Source: Botryllus schlosseri (lineage: Eukaryota). Taken from it: a stretch of DNA of 64,000 bases. Position 1 is the stretch's first letter. The number at the start of each line of letters is the position of its first letter. Below the pieces are notes generated by a model that was not told the DNA's origin, did no database searches, and was given only the letters and a program-made list of their open reading frames with translations. A program made the translations under genes and the position numbers. The stretch is from assembly GCA_051294905.1 (NCBI GenBank), contig CM119381.1, positions 20,026,001 through 20,090,000 on the forward strand. Reading direction: 5' to 3'. Below are positions 45,797-60,142 of this stretch, piece by piece.

Positions 45797-47748
45797 CAGT
45801 GGCGGCTCGTGACAATATCGGGTGGTGGGGCAAGGGCTGCAAGCGACTTTTTATCAAGATGATGTCACAATCGCGTTTTCCAACGTAAACAAGTAACTTA
45901 ATGATGGTACGGTAACATGAATTTCCCGGCAACAGTGATTTTAACGTATGTGCCACGAGACTCGAGAGGTCCGCCGGTGAGCTGTGACTTGAAGTATGGG
46001 AACTGCGTAAACGGCGTACGGAAAAAAGATTCAACACGGTTCATGTTCGCACTAGGCCTGACTAATTATCTGCAGAAATGGAAATGACTATAACTCGAGA
46101 GATAGCGTAAGCCTAATTGGAAAGGTCAACGAGTTCGGACAGATACGCAATTGTTATCTCATAGATTGGGCCTGTCATATTGAATCCAAAACATCATTCT
46201 GAAGAACTAAGAATAGCAGCCTCGGAAATTCGGTCTCGGTACAGCATAGAAGATTTTGGCCTTGAAACTGGAGACTGTAACACGACACATACGGCTTTAT
46301 TACTGTCTATAGGTCTGCTGCGAAATCGCCTTTGGAATATATATATTACCGAATAAATACGTGGATGAAAGCCTTAAACTTAGTACACTGTTACATGACA
46401 TCATCGAGAAGTGTCCTCATGGCCCTTTTCGGTATGGCACACTGTCAAAATTAATGCGAACAGACCAACACCGAATTTTGCGTAAAATTTACTGAGGAAT
46501 AGGCTGATCAAGTGATCAGCTGTTAGCCGCCATCGAAAACTAAATAGCTATCGCGCTTGAGGGGGTTGTAAGCAAATGGCTTGACGGCCACAATTTCACG
46601 GTGAAATTGACATTGGAGGATATAATATCAAAGTAAATATTTGAATGGAATCTGAGAATGATATCATCATCTCAGTTAACGTTACCGTAGATACAACGGC
46701 TTTTGCGTGATATCCGCAATGCGTTGAAGGCTAAAGTGTCAGATCGGAGCGCATCTCATTCTCTACCATGCTCGACCTTGATAACGAAATTACTGCCCTA
46801 ATCATTGAGTGTCAACCTTGAGACTTGGCATAGCGTTCGATATAAAAATCAAGACATACTGTTCAAAAGCGTATGACGGATCTGGGTAAGGAGCATCGTT
46901 AAAATCAATAGATACCAATACCGGCTTTGCGTATAATCTGTTAGCGATAAATGAGAGTCAGCTCTCACTCGAATTAGGAAACGAAATTACCACTAACACA
47001 GTTCAGTAACAAACTTTACACTTGGTACAGCGTTCGATACTAACGTTAAGACTTACCGTGCCAAATGTCATAACCGATCTCAGTATTGAACATCGTCAAA
47101 ATCAATGGATTGGATACCAATACCAGCTTTTGAGTAAAATCTGTTTGCGATACATGAAGGATCAGCACACACTCAACTTCGGAAACGGAATTACTACGCT
47201 AAACTTTAAGTAAAAACCCTGAAACTTGGGGCAGTGTTAAATACCACCATCACGACATGACATACCAAGTTTCAAGAATTATCATGGTGTGAAACACCAT
47301 CAAAATCGACCTATACCACCAAAGGTCGACTAAACGCATATGACGGTAACCGAGTTCAGCTATAGATACGATTGTTACATCACACCTTAAGGGCACAGAG
47401 CTAATTTGCCCCGGTTGCTCGGTCATTTTATGAATAGGAGAGAGTAAATTACCGTTTCTTTATTGTGCGCGGCTTTGAGAGAATAGACAGTGAAAGCTTG
47501 TTATGAGCGCTACCGGGGCATGCCCCGGCTAGGCATTCGCAAAGCAAAAACACAGAAGAGAATTCGATTTTCGTAGAGACTTCGCTATATATGGGCATTT
47601 ACAAGCGAAAGGACAAGAAGAATACGATTTTCGCTGTGGTTTCGGTATATATAGATTGGTGTGCGTCTATAAATGGTAAAGAATTGTTATTGAAGAGAAT
47701 TTTAGGTGGGGCAATGCCCCAGTTGCCCTATAGGACGAGCCGCCACTG
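45797..47748. mobile_element. hAT non-autonomous element with an internal ~200-bp tandem repeat
   Basis: Perfect 14-bp TIR CAGTGGCGGCTCGT, GGGGCAA subterminal motifs, perfect TSD CTGAACGG. It appears inserted into another MITE that starts CAGACCTGGG at about 45681. Confidence 0.88.
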
Positions 47749-49125
47749 CTGAACGGGAAATTTGTTTACTTGGAAACCTGCTCATTAATATGCCACACCT
47801 CGCATGCGTAATCCAGAATAAAAACTAAGGCAATGTAGCAAAGAATTGAACAATTGAAGTCGCGAGAAGCCACCGTTTCCATATAGTTTAGTTCAGATCT
47901 TCTATGTTGCCATTGTCACATTACGCGGTCTGTGCTTGAAATTATTACGCGATACATGTCCAAATCCCAAATTCGTAAAAGAAGTCAATCAGTGCTTGTG
48001 ATTACTATGAGTCATCATCACCCATTAGGGATGAACAGGACCAAGCATGTAAAAAAAGGCCAAAAGCTGAAATTCAAATAACGTTTAGAGCACTAAATAT
48101 TTGTTTACTGGAGTCTTTAGTTTGTACCGAGCGGATCGACGAGTTCAAGGAGCTCAATTTAAGACGGTCTTATGACAAAAACGCAAATAAAGACACTCGG
48201 TCAAGGTTGGGCGTATTTCAGAACAGCAAGCTTCTCTCAACAAGGCTGCACCAAGCTGCACACTGTTCGGAAGGTAGCGACCAAGACAATAAAAGCTTTG
48301 TTGTATCCCAAATACATTCTAACACCTTGATAGAAAAACTTGGATAAGGGTTCATAGAGTGTTTAAAATGTATCGTGTTTATTATTGTTTCGAATTATGA
48401 CGGCAAATTCTTATTAGTGTTTTTCATTAATTATATAACTGTCACCTTCTCATTACCTAATATCAACACCTTTACTGAGCAGCACTGGTTATGACTATGA
48501 CAGCCTTCAAGAATTTTATTCTCACTTTGGAAATACAATAAAAGCATAACGTTTGTCGATCAATACAACTAAACTCTTGTTATAATGGTTATTTCAACTC
48601 ATCAGACTTGAGAGTGCGTTACAATTTTTGAAAGCGTATATTCATGATGTAAAATATCACTTACAAGAAAAGTGAGCAGTTCACTGAATAAATATTTTAA
48701 CCTGAGCTATGCTACTTCACAGGAACAGATGATATGTACAAAAATTCAATACTGTACGGGCAAAATAATAAAACCTTCAGAAAGCGCATTACCCTGCGAC
48801 TTTCCACCGACACGATGAGCTAGCTCAAGCAAGAATAGTCAGAATAAAATGGGGGCCACACAGGATTGTTACTGAAGATTGGAAATTTTTAATATCTTCA
48901 CACGTAAGATGACATTATGCATAGAGATTACTGATAACTTTGATAACATTGAGTGTTCGCCATATTATGGAAAAACACTAAATTCTTCGGATAGAGGTAG
49001 CAGCTAGTCTCAGCACAAACTTTCAACACCAATCGACAGTTTTGTATCCGCTAACTTCCATCAGGCATATATTCCACAGTAGTACCGTTTGGACGACCCC
49101 AAGATCTTCAATCCACCGTAGGCTA

Positions 49126-52100
49126 TCAGATCCAGGAGGTGAGAAGAAAAGAAGAACCGGCCCCGGCTAGTAATCCAACACCCATCATAACGGCCAACAT
49201 GGAGCCGGCAGTACCAAAGTTCTCGGGTTCCACTTGTCTGAACATGAGAAGCAGAAATTATTTACATTCAAGTATAGATGCTTCGAACGACTCAGGAAAA
49301 AATGCAAACCAGAATTCTGTGCATTATCGCTGAAGGATTCTCGCCCCAAACAGTTTCCATTCTAGCCTCAACCCTTACTAGTATGGCATAGGAGCGAATT
49401 GCTGACAGCAGATTAAAAATGAAGGATCTCGAAATTATGATTGGATGTCCAGTTCACTTCCTGGTAGGACCACAGGAGAATAAGCAAAATGAGCGTGAAA
49501 TTTTGCCCGAACAAATAGTGTTTCCCATAATTTAGTACGCATAGCCTGCGTACTATGTACAATCCGCATCAAACTGATATTGTGAGCAGCCATTACGATT
49601 AACACCAAAGAATAGTTTGATTATATATGCGATTTACATCAGCAACCGCCGAGTTCTAATGATTTGATATGGAAATTGCCATGTATTACTATTATTATTT
49701 CAAATCTTTAATCAAAACCATACTGGACGGTACCCGTCACATTCCAGCAATGTTGAAGCTGCGTTTACTTAGCAAGCAGATATCAATTTCAGTAATTGCA
49801 ATAATGCCGGCAAACATGATCAAAAAATATCTGAATCAAACCAGAGTAGCGATTGCCACCCTCTTTATACGAGCTAGTGGCATCTGTTAACACATGACAT
49901 AAAGGTAGTTTTCACAATCATAATACAAATCAAATTTCTAGTTAGTTGCGACCCAATGACGAGTATTGCTAATACTTTCGATGTGATAATGAGCAGTGTG
50001 AAGTTTACAAATCCAACTATTCTAATGTCAATAACTTGATTCAATGCACAATTCTTTGCGATGTTCATTCAGTACCGTATATGTCATAGTCCTTGTCAAA
50101 TTAATGAGCTTGGTAATGGTCTTTTTACAAAGAATCAGATTGGAAATGTAAAATAATCAATTACGATCACTAAATGTCAAATTTTATAGATTACGATTAC
50201 AAATCACAATTTTCCCACGTCTTCTCATATTAACAATTTCAAAACATGGATCTGAAGCTTTGTTGCAAAACAGGAAATGCTCAATTTCAATAAGTAAGAT
50301 GAAACTTACTTGGGCCCATACTGCATAGACAAGGTACTGAGATGTCCATTCGAAACGGCAAAGAGAATCATAATAACAATGTACATCCAATCTTCATGGA
50401 GCCATATCGGAAGGTTGTACCGTGGCTGATAGTTGCATACAGCAAAGAGAAACGGAAAAACCGTGCGCAGCAGAACACAGAACAGTAGCGTTTTGCTATG
50501 AGAGGATGACGGCTGAAAGAGATTTCAAGGTTGAAAACGCAGTAAACCGCAACAAATTTCACAAAATAAACAGAATTGGGCACCGATCAGAAGACTGTAT
50601 CTTCTACTTTTCTATGGATTTTACCTCGAGACCACCTATATCTCAACGTAGTCGGGCATCCACAGCTGAGCACTTAAAGTGCAGACCAGCTGTGAACGTA
50701 TCGTATCAGTTATTAGCACATCGAACAATGTACTGGTATCACTCCACATTACAATCATATTTATGCACAATTTTGACAAATTGTAAGTTCACTTTTCTGG
50801 GCGTACACATGGAATACCCTCCATGGGGCATGTACCTTCATAAAAATGAGGATTTCACTCAACAAGATAGACAGCAAACAATGAATAGGCCGAGGTTTAT
50901 TGTTCGGATTAAAAACATCTTAAAACATTCATCCCATATAACAGTTGGACTCACACCAAACCTAAGCGTGTTTCAAGTTGTTGTCATGCCTCTCAAGTTA
51001 TTGTGGCTATTATAACTTGTACAATGTACGACGATCTGCTTCAAGATATTTAAAGAGTCAAATCGACAGATAATATTCAAGTAACCGACAACCACCAATT
51101 GCTGATATTGATCCTTGTGATGCCGAGTCAGCAATCATGTGACCAAGCACAAGCTACGGTGGCGGTTTCTAAAACAAAATGACATTATGTACTAACCACG
51201 TGAATATATGAAGCTGTAGTTCTCCCAATCCAATCTCCAAGATTGAAGAGGAGGTAATTTGTGACGGGTGTGAAGTATACATCTGCAGAGACAATAATGC
51301 AATCGAAGAAACGTCGCAGTCCTCTGATAATCGAGACTTACCGGTCCATTCGGTTCCCGAGCTTTGCGCTTTGATTTTTCCGGTAACTTCAGGAAAACAG
51401 GCGAGTGTGACAAAGAACACATACATGACACAGAACATGTGTACCGCCATCTTTTTAGCAATAGGAATAAATGGAGTACCAGAGCTCTGGAAAAATTAAA
51501 CTTGTGTGTTATTGTGTTATCCTGGCATGAAGAGATCACCGATCGGATGGCAATGCTTCTGCATTATTACAAATGGCCAACACTGCTATGTTCACCATAA
51601 CTAAACATCCGCCGGCTTTACACATTTCAGACCTGTTGATGTTGACCAGGGCTTTGCAAAATCAATTCCATCCCAAGTTAAGAATTTGAGTACAACAATA
51701 TCAAAAATAGTAAGAGCCAATTGCAATTAAAAGTGTACCTTTAATATGATCGCAAATAAAATAATGCCAGCTACATGTAGCAACATAACTGTTTCCGTAT
51801 TTGTTAACATAACTATGCAATAATACTGTGGGCAGTGGGTTGATCACTAATCCAGCTGTGCTACGATACAGCCAATCGAGATTTCAAGGCTTTAGCGCTG
51901 GTAGGATATTATGGAGACAGTAATTAACGACGATAAAATAACTGGGCGCATAATATCTTGATCAGAAAAGTTGACTTTTTACTACTCCAGTCTAGATCAT
52001 TAGAATCAGCACTCAAACTGTTGTGCCCAGCCCAGACGTTGACCACTCTTCAGAAATAGATATCCTCTCACCGTTCGACCGTCCCGTAGATCTGTGTGAA

Positions 52101-55100
52101 CTTGCTCGCCAGTAGGCCCGATGATCTTCACATAATTTCCGCCTTTGTTTATCGATTCAGGTGGGAGCAATCTTTCGCGCTGGTCATCAGATTCCTCCGG
52201 AGTGAAATCTACGATTTTTTAGAAATACAAGTCTGGCATTATTATTCGTTACTGGGTCACATCGGATGTTGACTGCTTTGGGGACAGAAACGATATAGTT
52301 AGGCAAAGGATCTACAAGTTCAAACAGTATAAAATTCTACGAGCGAGTGGGCCTGCAACTGAAGACGAAAATGAAAGCTTTCAAAAAGTATTCGAGTAGG
52401 AACAACAGTCTACATATTCACTTGGCTTCTGGGAAAACTATTGGAAATACATCCGACACCCAAAAGAAAGGGAAAATTACGAGAGCATTTCACGGAAACA
52501 TAGCGTTAGCTTTCTTTAGTGGCACAACAAATAAGGCCGATAAACAATAACTTGAACCATTTGGATTCACAGTTTCCTACCTGATATCGTGGTCTCAAAA
52601 ACTCTTGTGGTGTTTATATAGTATTTGTAGAAATCCTAAAACAAAATCCAGACGTAAATTATTCCTATTCAAGTCACTGCTATTGATTTCACAACACAAA
52701 AAGTTTATTAGCTTTTTCGGGTAAATCAATACACACACCTGACCTGAATGTTTCACAAATATATTGCATTTGTAAGCATTAGTGACGTAACTTGTAAATA
52801 TTTGTGACCTGAGCGACTGAACCAGCAATGTACATGATTCTATTACGCACAACAAAGCAAGGAGGGGAAAATTAGACATGCCAGCTTAATTGGCATACCT
52901 TTTTCTTATTACTGCACCCACGTCTTCAGTAAGAATACTTATTTCACAGACCACTCATACATCGAATTTAAAAATCTGCCATAGAACAAATAAAAACCAG
53001 TAAGAAGATTTCAGATGGCTTGCGATATCAACAATTTGAATATGAAAATAATGATCTGTAGAACATCCACACAAAATATTACTTACCAATCTGATTAAGA
53101 GTAGATAGCTAAATATGGTACAAAACAGCACAACTATAGCAGTTAGGAAGAACAGAAAGGCACTCTCCATAGGACCGCTGCTACCTGAAAAATATTGCTT
53201 TTCGATAGAATTTATTGAAAAAGAAACAAATGAAAATTATCTCCTTACATGCGAGAGCGATGATCATCGCCACGGCTGAGAACAATCCGCCCATCCCCTT
53301 AGAAAAACACAGTCCGATCATGACTACTTCAAGTGAGAGATATCGCCAAGAAAAATCCTCACCTGGCCAGCCATAAATCCACCCGTGTAATTCTGAGGTA
53401 ATGCGGCGGCAAGAGCAAAGGCACTCGATTGGAAAATCGCCGAGAAAGAATTGATGAGTACGACCGATACTAAGGTGACGAAAAAGAAAGCGTTTTGCCA
53501 ATCGCAGGTATCAACCTGGCGTTGAGATAATTGAGAGTTAGCGAGACGTTAGCACGGATACTCGGTGAGCACCTACTTTCACTAAGACTTCGGTAAATAT
53601 AAAAAACACAATAACCATCGCCAGGGACGAGACGATGCGGACATTTTGAGAAATTCTGTAAAAAATCATACCAAATCAACAGGTAACTAATCTACTAATC
53701 TAATAACAGAGATGTTTAACTACCTTTTTTGCACAACTGTATTCAAGAACTGAAAAATTAACGCCGGCAGCATCGAGCACACGGCCAACGAATTCATGAA
53801 CAATGATTGCAAACGAGTGGAGCTCACACTACTTTGAGTGGTAGTTTCCGAAGCTGTACTACTTGCAAACACAGTGACATTGTGAAGGGTAGCAGGCATA
53901 GCGGTAGCAGGCATTGACGAATTGCAATTACGAAGTTTGTACATCCAATACTGTGAAATTTAGAACATTAAAATACAATAAAAATGCGATATGGAAACAA
54001 TCTTACGTCCTGAGCCGTGATGAAAAAATTCCATGGCAGCAACGCTCCTAAACCCAGCAAGTAAACGATCCAGAACACCAAATGATACCTGTCAAAAGGA
54101 AATGAATAGGTCATGCCTTACACTACAAAAAAAAATTAGACAAATTTGGTCTCAAATTTAAGAAATGAGGATGATTTGGTCTCATTTTCAGCAATTTTGG
54201 TCTCACTGATGAATTGAGGTCTTAACCCTTTGCGACCGGCTGTCCAGTATACTGGACCGCCACTGTTTAACACAGAGGAATCGTTATTTAATCCAAGATA
54301 GCTAGACCTGTATTGGTCATAAACTGTTACAATCGTTTTATAAGGATAGCTCTTATGAATTTGCATACATCGGACCATGTATAATCTATTATATCAATGT
54401 ATATCCTATTTGAAATAAAGATTGAACAGTGAACACGCAAAAACGTTTCCAGCAAAATTGAATTTGTAACGATGTTCGCTTGAATGAACGCCTGAAATGT
54501 AAACCATTGTAACTTCCGTTCTAGACGTCATATAACCAGTTACAGTTATCTTCCATGACTTGCTGTAGATTATGCCATTGTATGAAAGCCCTTATATCGA
54601 AGATTAGCACGTAGAGGATGTATCAAATTGACGTGAAAGAAAGCAATAACTTGCCACGTGAAAATCATGGCTGCGTAAGAGCACCTGGGTGGTTGCGGTT
54701 TCAGACAGATGTATAATTGCTTCAGGCAATTGCAAATGATATATATAGTTAGCCATTATCCTGGCATATCCATCAATATCCCTATCGTGGAGCCTAGTTT
54801 TGTATAAAACAACCGACACCAGCCCTAACACTGAACAAATAAGCGTGCGAGTTAGGCTATTTCGGTAGCCGAGCTTGTAATAACAACATCACATAGAGGC
54901 AGCCTATGTCTGTTTTAGATGGCACAGAAAGTTACTGTTCACTTCTATGAATAGTGTTGATCATACGTAAAACATTCGCGCTATAGAAGACAGTTCAAAT
55001 GGATGTGAAATGAAGCAATACTGTATCGTGTAAAATGAATTCTCAAGCGCATATGGGCAGTGTCGAACAAGGATAAGCCAATATATGTTCACTTGGATTT

Positions 55101-58100
55101 TGCCTTATTGCAGTTACACACAATAACCAACTGAAGCTGATAACACTTGAATAGCAGGGAGATATATAACTTAGGCACTATTATGTATTATGTTACGTAG
55201 AACTGGACACGCGCGTTGCCTTCAGCGAGAATACGCGATTACGTAATGATTACTTATCAGCGGCGGCCGCGTGAGTCATGCTTATCCTCTCTGTCTTTCC
55301 AATATCGTAGCGCTGGGCTATGAAGCGTTATGGTAGCGTGTAATGGCTCGTTAGAACGTGGAGATTCATGCGGAGAACAATCAGGTGGTCATACACCAAT
55401 AGAAGTCATATGAATGACATCAGGATAAATTGAAGAACAAAATTCTCTTCCATTTTCAAAAAATTGACAACATTTCCTCGCATAACGCCATTCCCTCTCG
55501 CGTCTGAGCCGTGCGAGTATCTCAGTCCGCTAGGCGGCTACTTCAGGTTTACGGCAATATATTGGGCGTCGATTTAAGCCCTATGGATCGCATTTTATCG
55601 GTATTTTTATGGATGCAGTAAAATTTTGGTCGGTAGGCCGGCCGATCACAAAGGGTTAAAATTGAGACCGATTCAGCTTTTTAAGACCATATATAATTGT
55701 CACAATTATTTGGTCTTAAAAATAAGACCAATAAAACGCATCAAGACCAATAAAACGCATCTTATAAGACATATTGTGCTTCTTAAGACAATTTTTGCTG
55801 TGTCAGTATTTTTGGTCTTAAAATTGAGACCGATTCAGCTTTTTAAGACCAAATATAATTGTCACAATTATTTGGTCTTAAAAATAAGACCAATAAAACG
55901 CATCAAGACCAATAAAACGCATCGTATAAGACATATTGTGCTTATTACGACAGTTTTTGCTGTGTCAGTATTTTTGGTCTTGTTTTTAAGACAAATTTCG
56001 CTAATCAAGAAACGACATGATTTGTGGTTTAAAAAATGAGACCGGAAAGTTGACATGGGCCAGGAGCTGTAAGACATAACTAGCTTATTGAGATAATTTT
56101 TGATGTTTTAGTATTTTTGGTCTTGTTTTTAAGACAAATTTCGCTAATCAAGAAACGACATGATTTGTGGTCTTAAAAATGAGACCGGAAAGTTGACATG
56201 GGCCCGGAGTTTTAAGACATAACTAGCTTATTGAGACAGTTTATGATGTCTAGCATATTGAGACAGTTTATGACGCATCAGTTTTTCTGGTCTTGTTTTT
56301 AAGACGAACTTTGCTAATCAAGAAACATCATGGTCCGTAGTCTTATAAATCAGAATGGAAATTGTCATGAGCCCTGAGCACAAGACGTAGTTAGGTCTAT
56401 TTGACAAATTTTGATCCATCAAAGGTCATTGCAAATACAATGTAGCGGTGACTTGAGATCGGAGAGCCAAAACGTATTTGGTGGTGCCATGTTTGTCCAT
56501 TTCTCGTTGATCACATGTCACACTTCAAATAAGTCAAATACAGGATGCATTTGCACCAGAACAAAAATTCAAAGTACCGTACCTTGTCACTTTTCACTGA
56601 CACAATGGTGTTGGCACGTCGCACTCACCACAAATACTATTATATACTCAAACTACACTATATATTGTTTGGAGGATTGTATACAAATTGGTGAGTGTTA
56701 TATAGAATGATAATGATATATAATGGGTAGGCTATAAAATGAACTACGAATTCTGGTATATATGTTATGCTTCCCTTCATGCAGAACCTAATAATGACAT
56801 GAATACCCACACAGCACTCGTGGGCGACAATGGTCTTATTTTTCAGCATTTTCAGTCTTAATTTTGAGACGAAAAATCATTGTTAAGACCGATCAGTCTT
56901 TAAGACATTTTTTTTCTAAAAAGTCACTTCAAGACCATAAGACCAAATTTGTCTAATTATTTTTTGTAGTGTATGCAGTACTTCCTGGACAAATCTTGAC
57001 AGATGCTAATTGATACGCATATCTCAAAGTCTGACAGTGAATGGAATGTAACGTCTATTTCAGGTACGACATCAGCATCAAAATGTATATGCCAGATTCA
57101 GTCCCATGAATAATGCATACATGACAATCTGAAGTACATAATTAACAAACAACGATAAAGATCATTCCCATATTCCGATTGTTTGTTACAGGTCTCAAGA
57201 TTGACAATGTTTAGCTCATAGCAGTTATGTCTTGGATGCACTCAATCAAGTCTCTCACCTGTCCTTGACAGGCATTTGGCTAAGAGAATCACTATCACCA
57301 TCTGTATTGGCTCTCATCAAGCTCGAGCCCTCACTGCTCTCGTCATCCTGAAATGAATTTAGAGTTGAGTTTTCATGATAAGAGCTATTTTTAATGACGC
57401 CTTAATGATTGAAACTGTATTATATGTCCATGATGATAATGCTGGTAATATTACTTGCGTACTGGCAATATATTGTGACAACAATTATATATGCTGAAAC
57501 GCAACATACAATTAATCAATAAGATACAACAATGCGGAAAGAGTCCATTGCCCATACAGGATCAAATCAGAGTCTAGGCTTAGATTAACACAGATTCAGA
57601 TCAACAAACTAGAAGATACCGTATGCATCTAACATGCTAATATGCCTGTTCTATTTGTTGGAGTAAAATACTTGTACCACTAGTGGCAGAAAATAAAATG
57701 TAGTGGCTGTGTTGATATGGAAAAGTAATTCTGTGCAAGACAGAATCTACAATCATTAGATCATACAATGGCTATATCCTGAAAGTTATTCAGCATCCAA
57801 AATAGAATGTCATGGCGCACGACAGAACGATTCTCCATGTAATCAATTACCTAACTCTAATATTAGGTCTACACTAACATTACCAAAATTACTCTAATCT
57901 GTGTAACAATGACGACCTAGGGTCTGGGATTTCCAGTCAATGAAAGGGGGTTAGCAATGGTCCTAATGCAGCATAGAAAACTAGCAATGACAGTCTGGCC
58001 GTGAAGAAAATTTTTCTCAGTCAATATATACCTAGTTAAATTTGCAACTTTTCCAATCAAAGGGGTTACAAATGTGGACAAGGACACATATTCCATATAA

Positions 58101-58318
58101 ATTCAATATTATGCTTCCACGTGATAGCTATAAAGAGATGAAGAATGTTTGGCATGCGCAAAGTGTGGGCGCACCAAGGCACGGCTGTAGCTCGTTGCAA
58201 AATCATACACAGGATTTAATCATAATGCATAAGTAAGATTTGCACGTATCCTCACAATGTATGGTATATAAAAACCTAATAATATTATACTGACCTGCAA
58301 CAGTCTGCTGTTTTTCAT
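49126..58318 (-). CDS. SLC29A3: Equilibrative nucleoside transporter, ENT3-like, about 512 aa
   Basis: Exons (minus): 58318-58295, 57347-57259, 54088-54007, 53950-53724, 53655-53577, 53515-53363, 53297-53249, 53184-53087, 52635-52581, 52208-52072, 51486-51342, 51282-51197, 50512-50310, 49237-49126 (1539 nt, in frame). Motifs KDRY, LGLGALLPWNFFITA, YWMYKLRN, VKVDT, MAGQGMGG, DFYKYY, FFVTLACFP, FNLGDWIGR, SNGHL, YGPK. YWMYKL and VKVDT-W favour the ENT3 type. The first exon and the exact paralogue are less certain. Confidence 0.9.
54121..56971. mobile_element. Non-autonomous CACTA (En/Spm) element in SLC29 intron 2
   Basis: About 32-bp TIR CACTACAAAAAA(A/T)AATTAGACAAATTTGGTCT, 2-bp TA duplication, many GGTCTTAA/TTAAGACC subterminal motifs. 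Internal tandem duplications of about 160 bp (55660-55975) and about 140 bp (55975-56400). Confidence 0.88.
54226..55655. mobile_element. Non-autonomous piggyBac element nested in the CACTA element
   Basis: TTAA-CCCTTTGCGACCGGC ... GCCGATCACAAAGGG-TTAA: a 15-bp TIR with 2 mismatches and a TTAA duplication. No transposase ORF. Confidence 0.85.
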
Positions 58319-59528
58319 TCTTTATGAATGGATTGAATGCTTGAGCAGTAAGTTAGTTGATCAATAGATTATTATTATGGTCATGTCATGACAGTGTGTG
58401 TTATAACGTATAGTATATAACCTACGTATGTTACACAGAAATTAATATTTTCATCAAAGCAAGCAATTGTAGTGCGGGCCCTTTCTAGATCTCAACTACC
58501 CTGACCACCCCTGTGAGGCATCATATTCATTTTCATGCCTATTCGACAATTCTCTCCACAGCAATTGTAAGGTTTTCCCGTTACATCAGTATCGTGATTG
58601 GCCTGTAAAAGTCGAGGCTTAAAAACGAACGCGGTATGCATTGTATTCGTGATGCATCCTTCCGTATGCGATCATTAATAGAACCACAGTCCTTCAACTG
58701 TAGTAGAACCATGGTTAAACTACAGTAAACTGCAAGTTCTCAAACAAAACCACGATCGTAACTCATAACTACGTCACTCATGATGATCAGCTGATCGGTG
58801 TTTGTGAAATGTGAATGCAATGTATTTCGGAAGTTACCGCCTGAGCGGGTTTAACCAACCTCCTTAGGTTAGTTATCTATAGTTTACCTACTGTTGGTTG
58901 CAGATAGATTCACCTACCGCAACGACTACCGGTTTAATGAATCCCGCGAAACATTGCAAATGACTATTTCGAACGACTCCAAACTTTTTCATTGTTATAT
59001 CGTAGTCGTCCACTCCACAGCTGCGTATAAACGACTATGGTTATATCATATCTGTCAGCAACCGATGACTGAAATAGCAGATGTCCGAAAGAAAATGTCG
59101 AAACGGCTTGCTGTTACGTTCTTCCCAACAATCATAGAATACATGTCTTGTAAATCGATTCTTCCTGATATAGATTGTCAACGTCGCATCGCTATTCCAG
59201 CTCCCGTTAGAAAGACAATGTTACCATTCAAAGGAAAATCATCGAATACTTTTCAAATTTGCTATTTTCTGCTTGCACTTTGAGTCGCCTTAGTCCAAAT
59301 CAGAGAACGCTTCTTGAATACAATTCCATCGTAGAGAAAGAGGAGCCTAGTATGTAATGTACAGTATTACACTATTCTCTGCATAGTGCTACTTTGTTCA
59401 TTACATCTTTTCAACAAGTTTTTGCCCACCTGCCAGATTGCACAATTGCAAAATGTGAATTGCTATAACCTATAACGCAGCGGTAATATCCACTCGGACA
59501 GAAATGTTGATAGGTCGCCGGAACAGCA

Positions 59529-59765
59529 TCTGACATATCGACTTCAAGACGCTACTTCCTTTTCATGACTTGTGCTTCTTAGGTTCATTTTCAGTGTGCA
59601 ATGTGCATGCTCCTATTGACATGTTTTAGGCCAAGGTTAGTGCGCGATTGAAAGACGAATTCAAGTCGTTTCTACTCCTTCATATCATTTCGATTTATCA
59701 TTCTGCGGTGTTTTGAAACGATGAAAGTATTAACAAACTGCACTGACTGACTCTCTCTGAACTGA
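59529..59765 (+). mobile_element. Diverged LINE 3'-UTR copy
   Basis: TGACATATCGA, TTCAGTGTGCA, TAGGCCAAGGT, TTTTGAAACGATGAAA and an (ACTG)n tail, matching the other copies with more divergence. Confidence 0.7.
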
Positions 59766-60142
59766 GCCCAATCACTTTATCAATATTTTATTCACAAATA
59801 ATACACAATTAGAAGTGAAGAAGGTACTAGTGAAATAACCTATTATGCAAAAATCGAACTGCTATGAATTATGAGTTGTAGAAGTATCGGTATTCATCAA
59901 GGTAGAATCATGTACTATCAAATTATTGGAAAGAATAACGTAGAAGGTACTACTTAATTGAAGAGCTTTTGCAGCTTAAAATTTTGAAAGGCAAAATACA
60001 TAGTTCAAATCATAGCAACACAGTACATAGGCAAGTGCCAGCAAGACACTGGCACATATGTTTGAAGAATATAACATCACAGTATGCAAAATTACATAAT
60101 TACATCATATTAAAATATTAACACAGGGTATCCATTATCCTC

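Noticed and set aside
45630-46037. 135-aa minus-strand ORF
   Set aside because: It crosses the junction of two MITE ends, has no recognisable motif and no splice support.
50422-51015. 197-aa plus-strand ORF
   Set aside because: It starts antisense to an SLC29 exon, runs into intron, and has no protein-like features.
51880-51975. Possible duplicated SLC29 TM7 exon
   Set aside because: All three frames hit stops, and the true exon is at 51486-51342.
58894-59340. 129-aa plus ORF, or a decayed LTR-element fragment on the minus strand
   Set aside because: No convincing RT, RNase H or integrase motif, and multiple stops on the minus strand.
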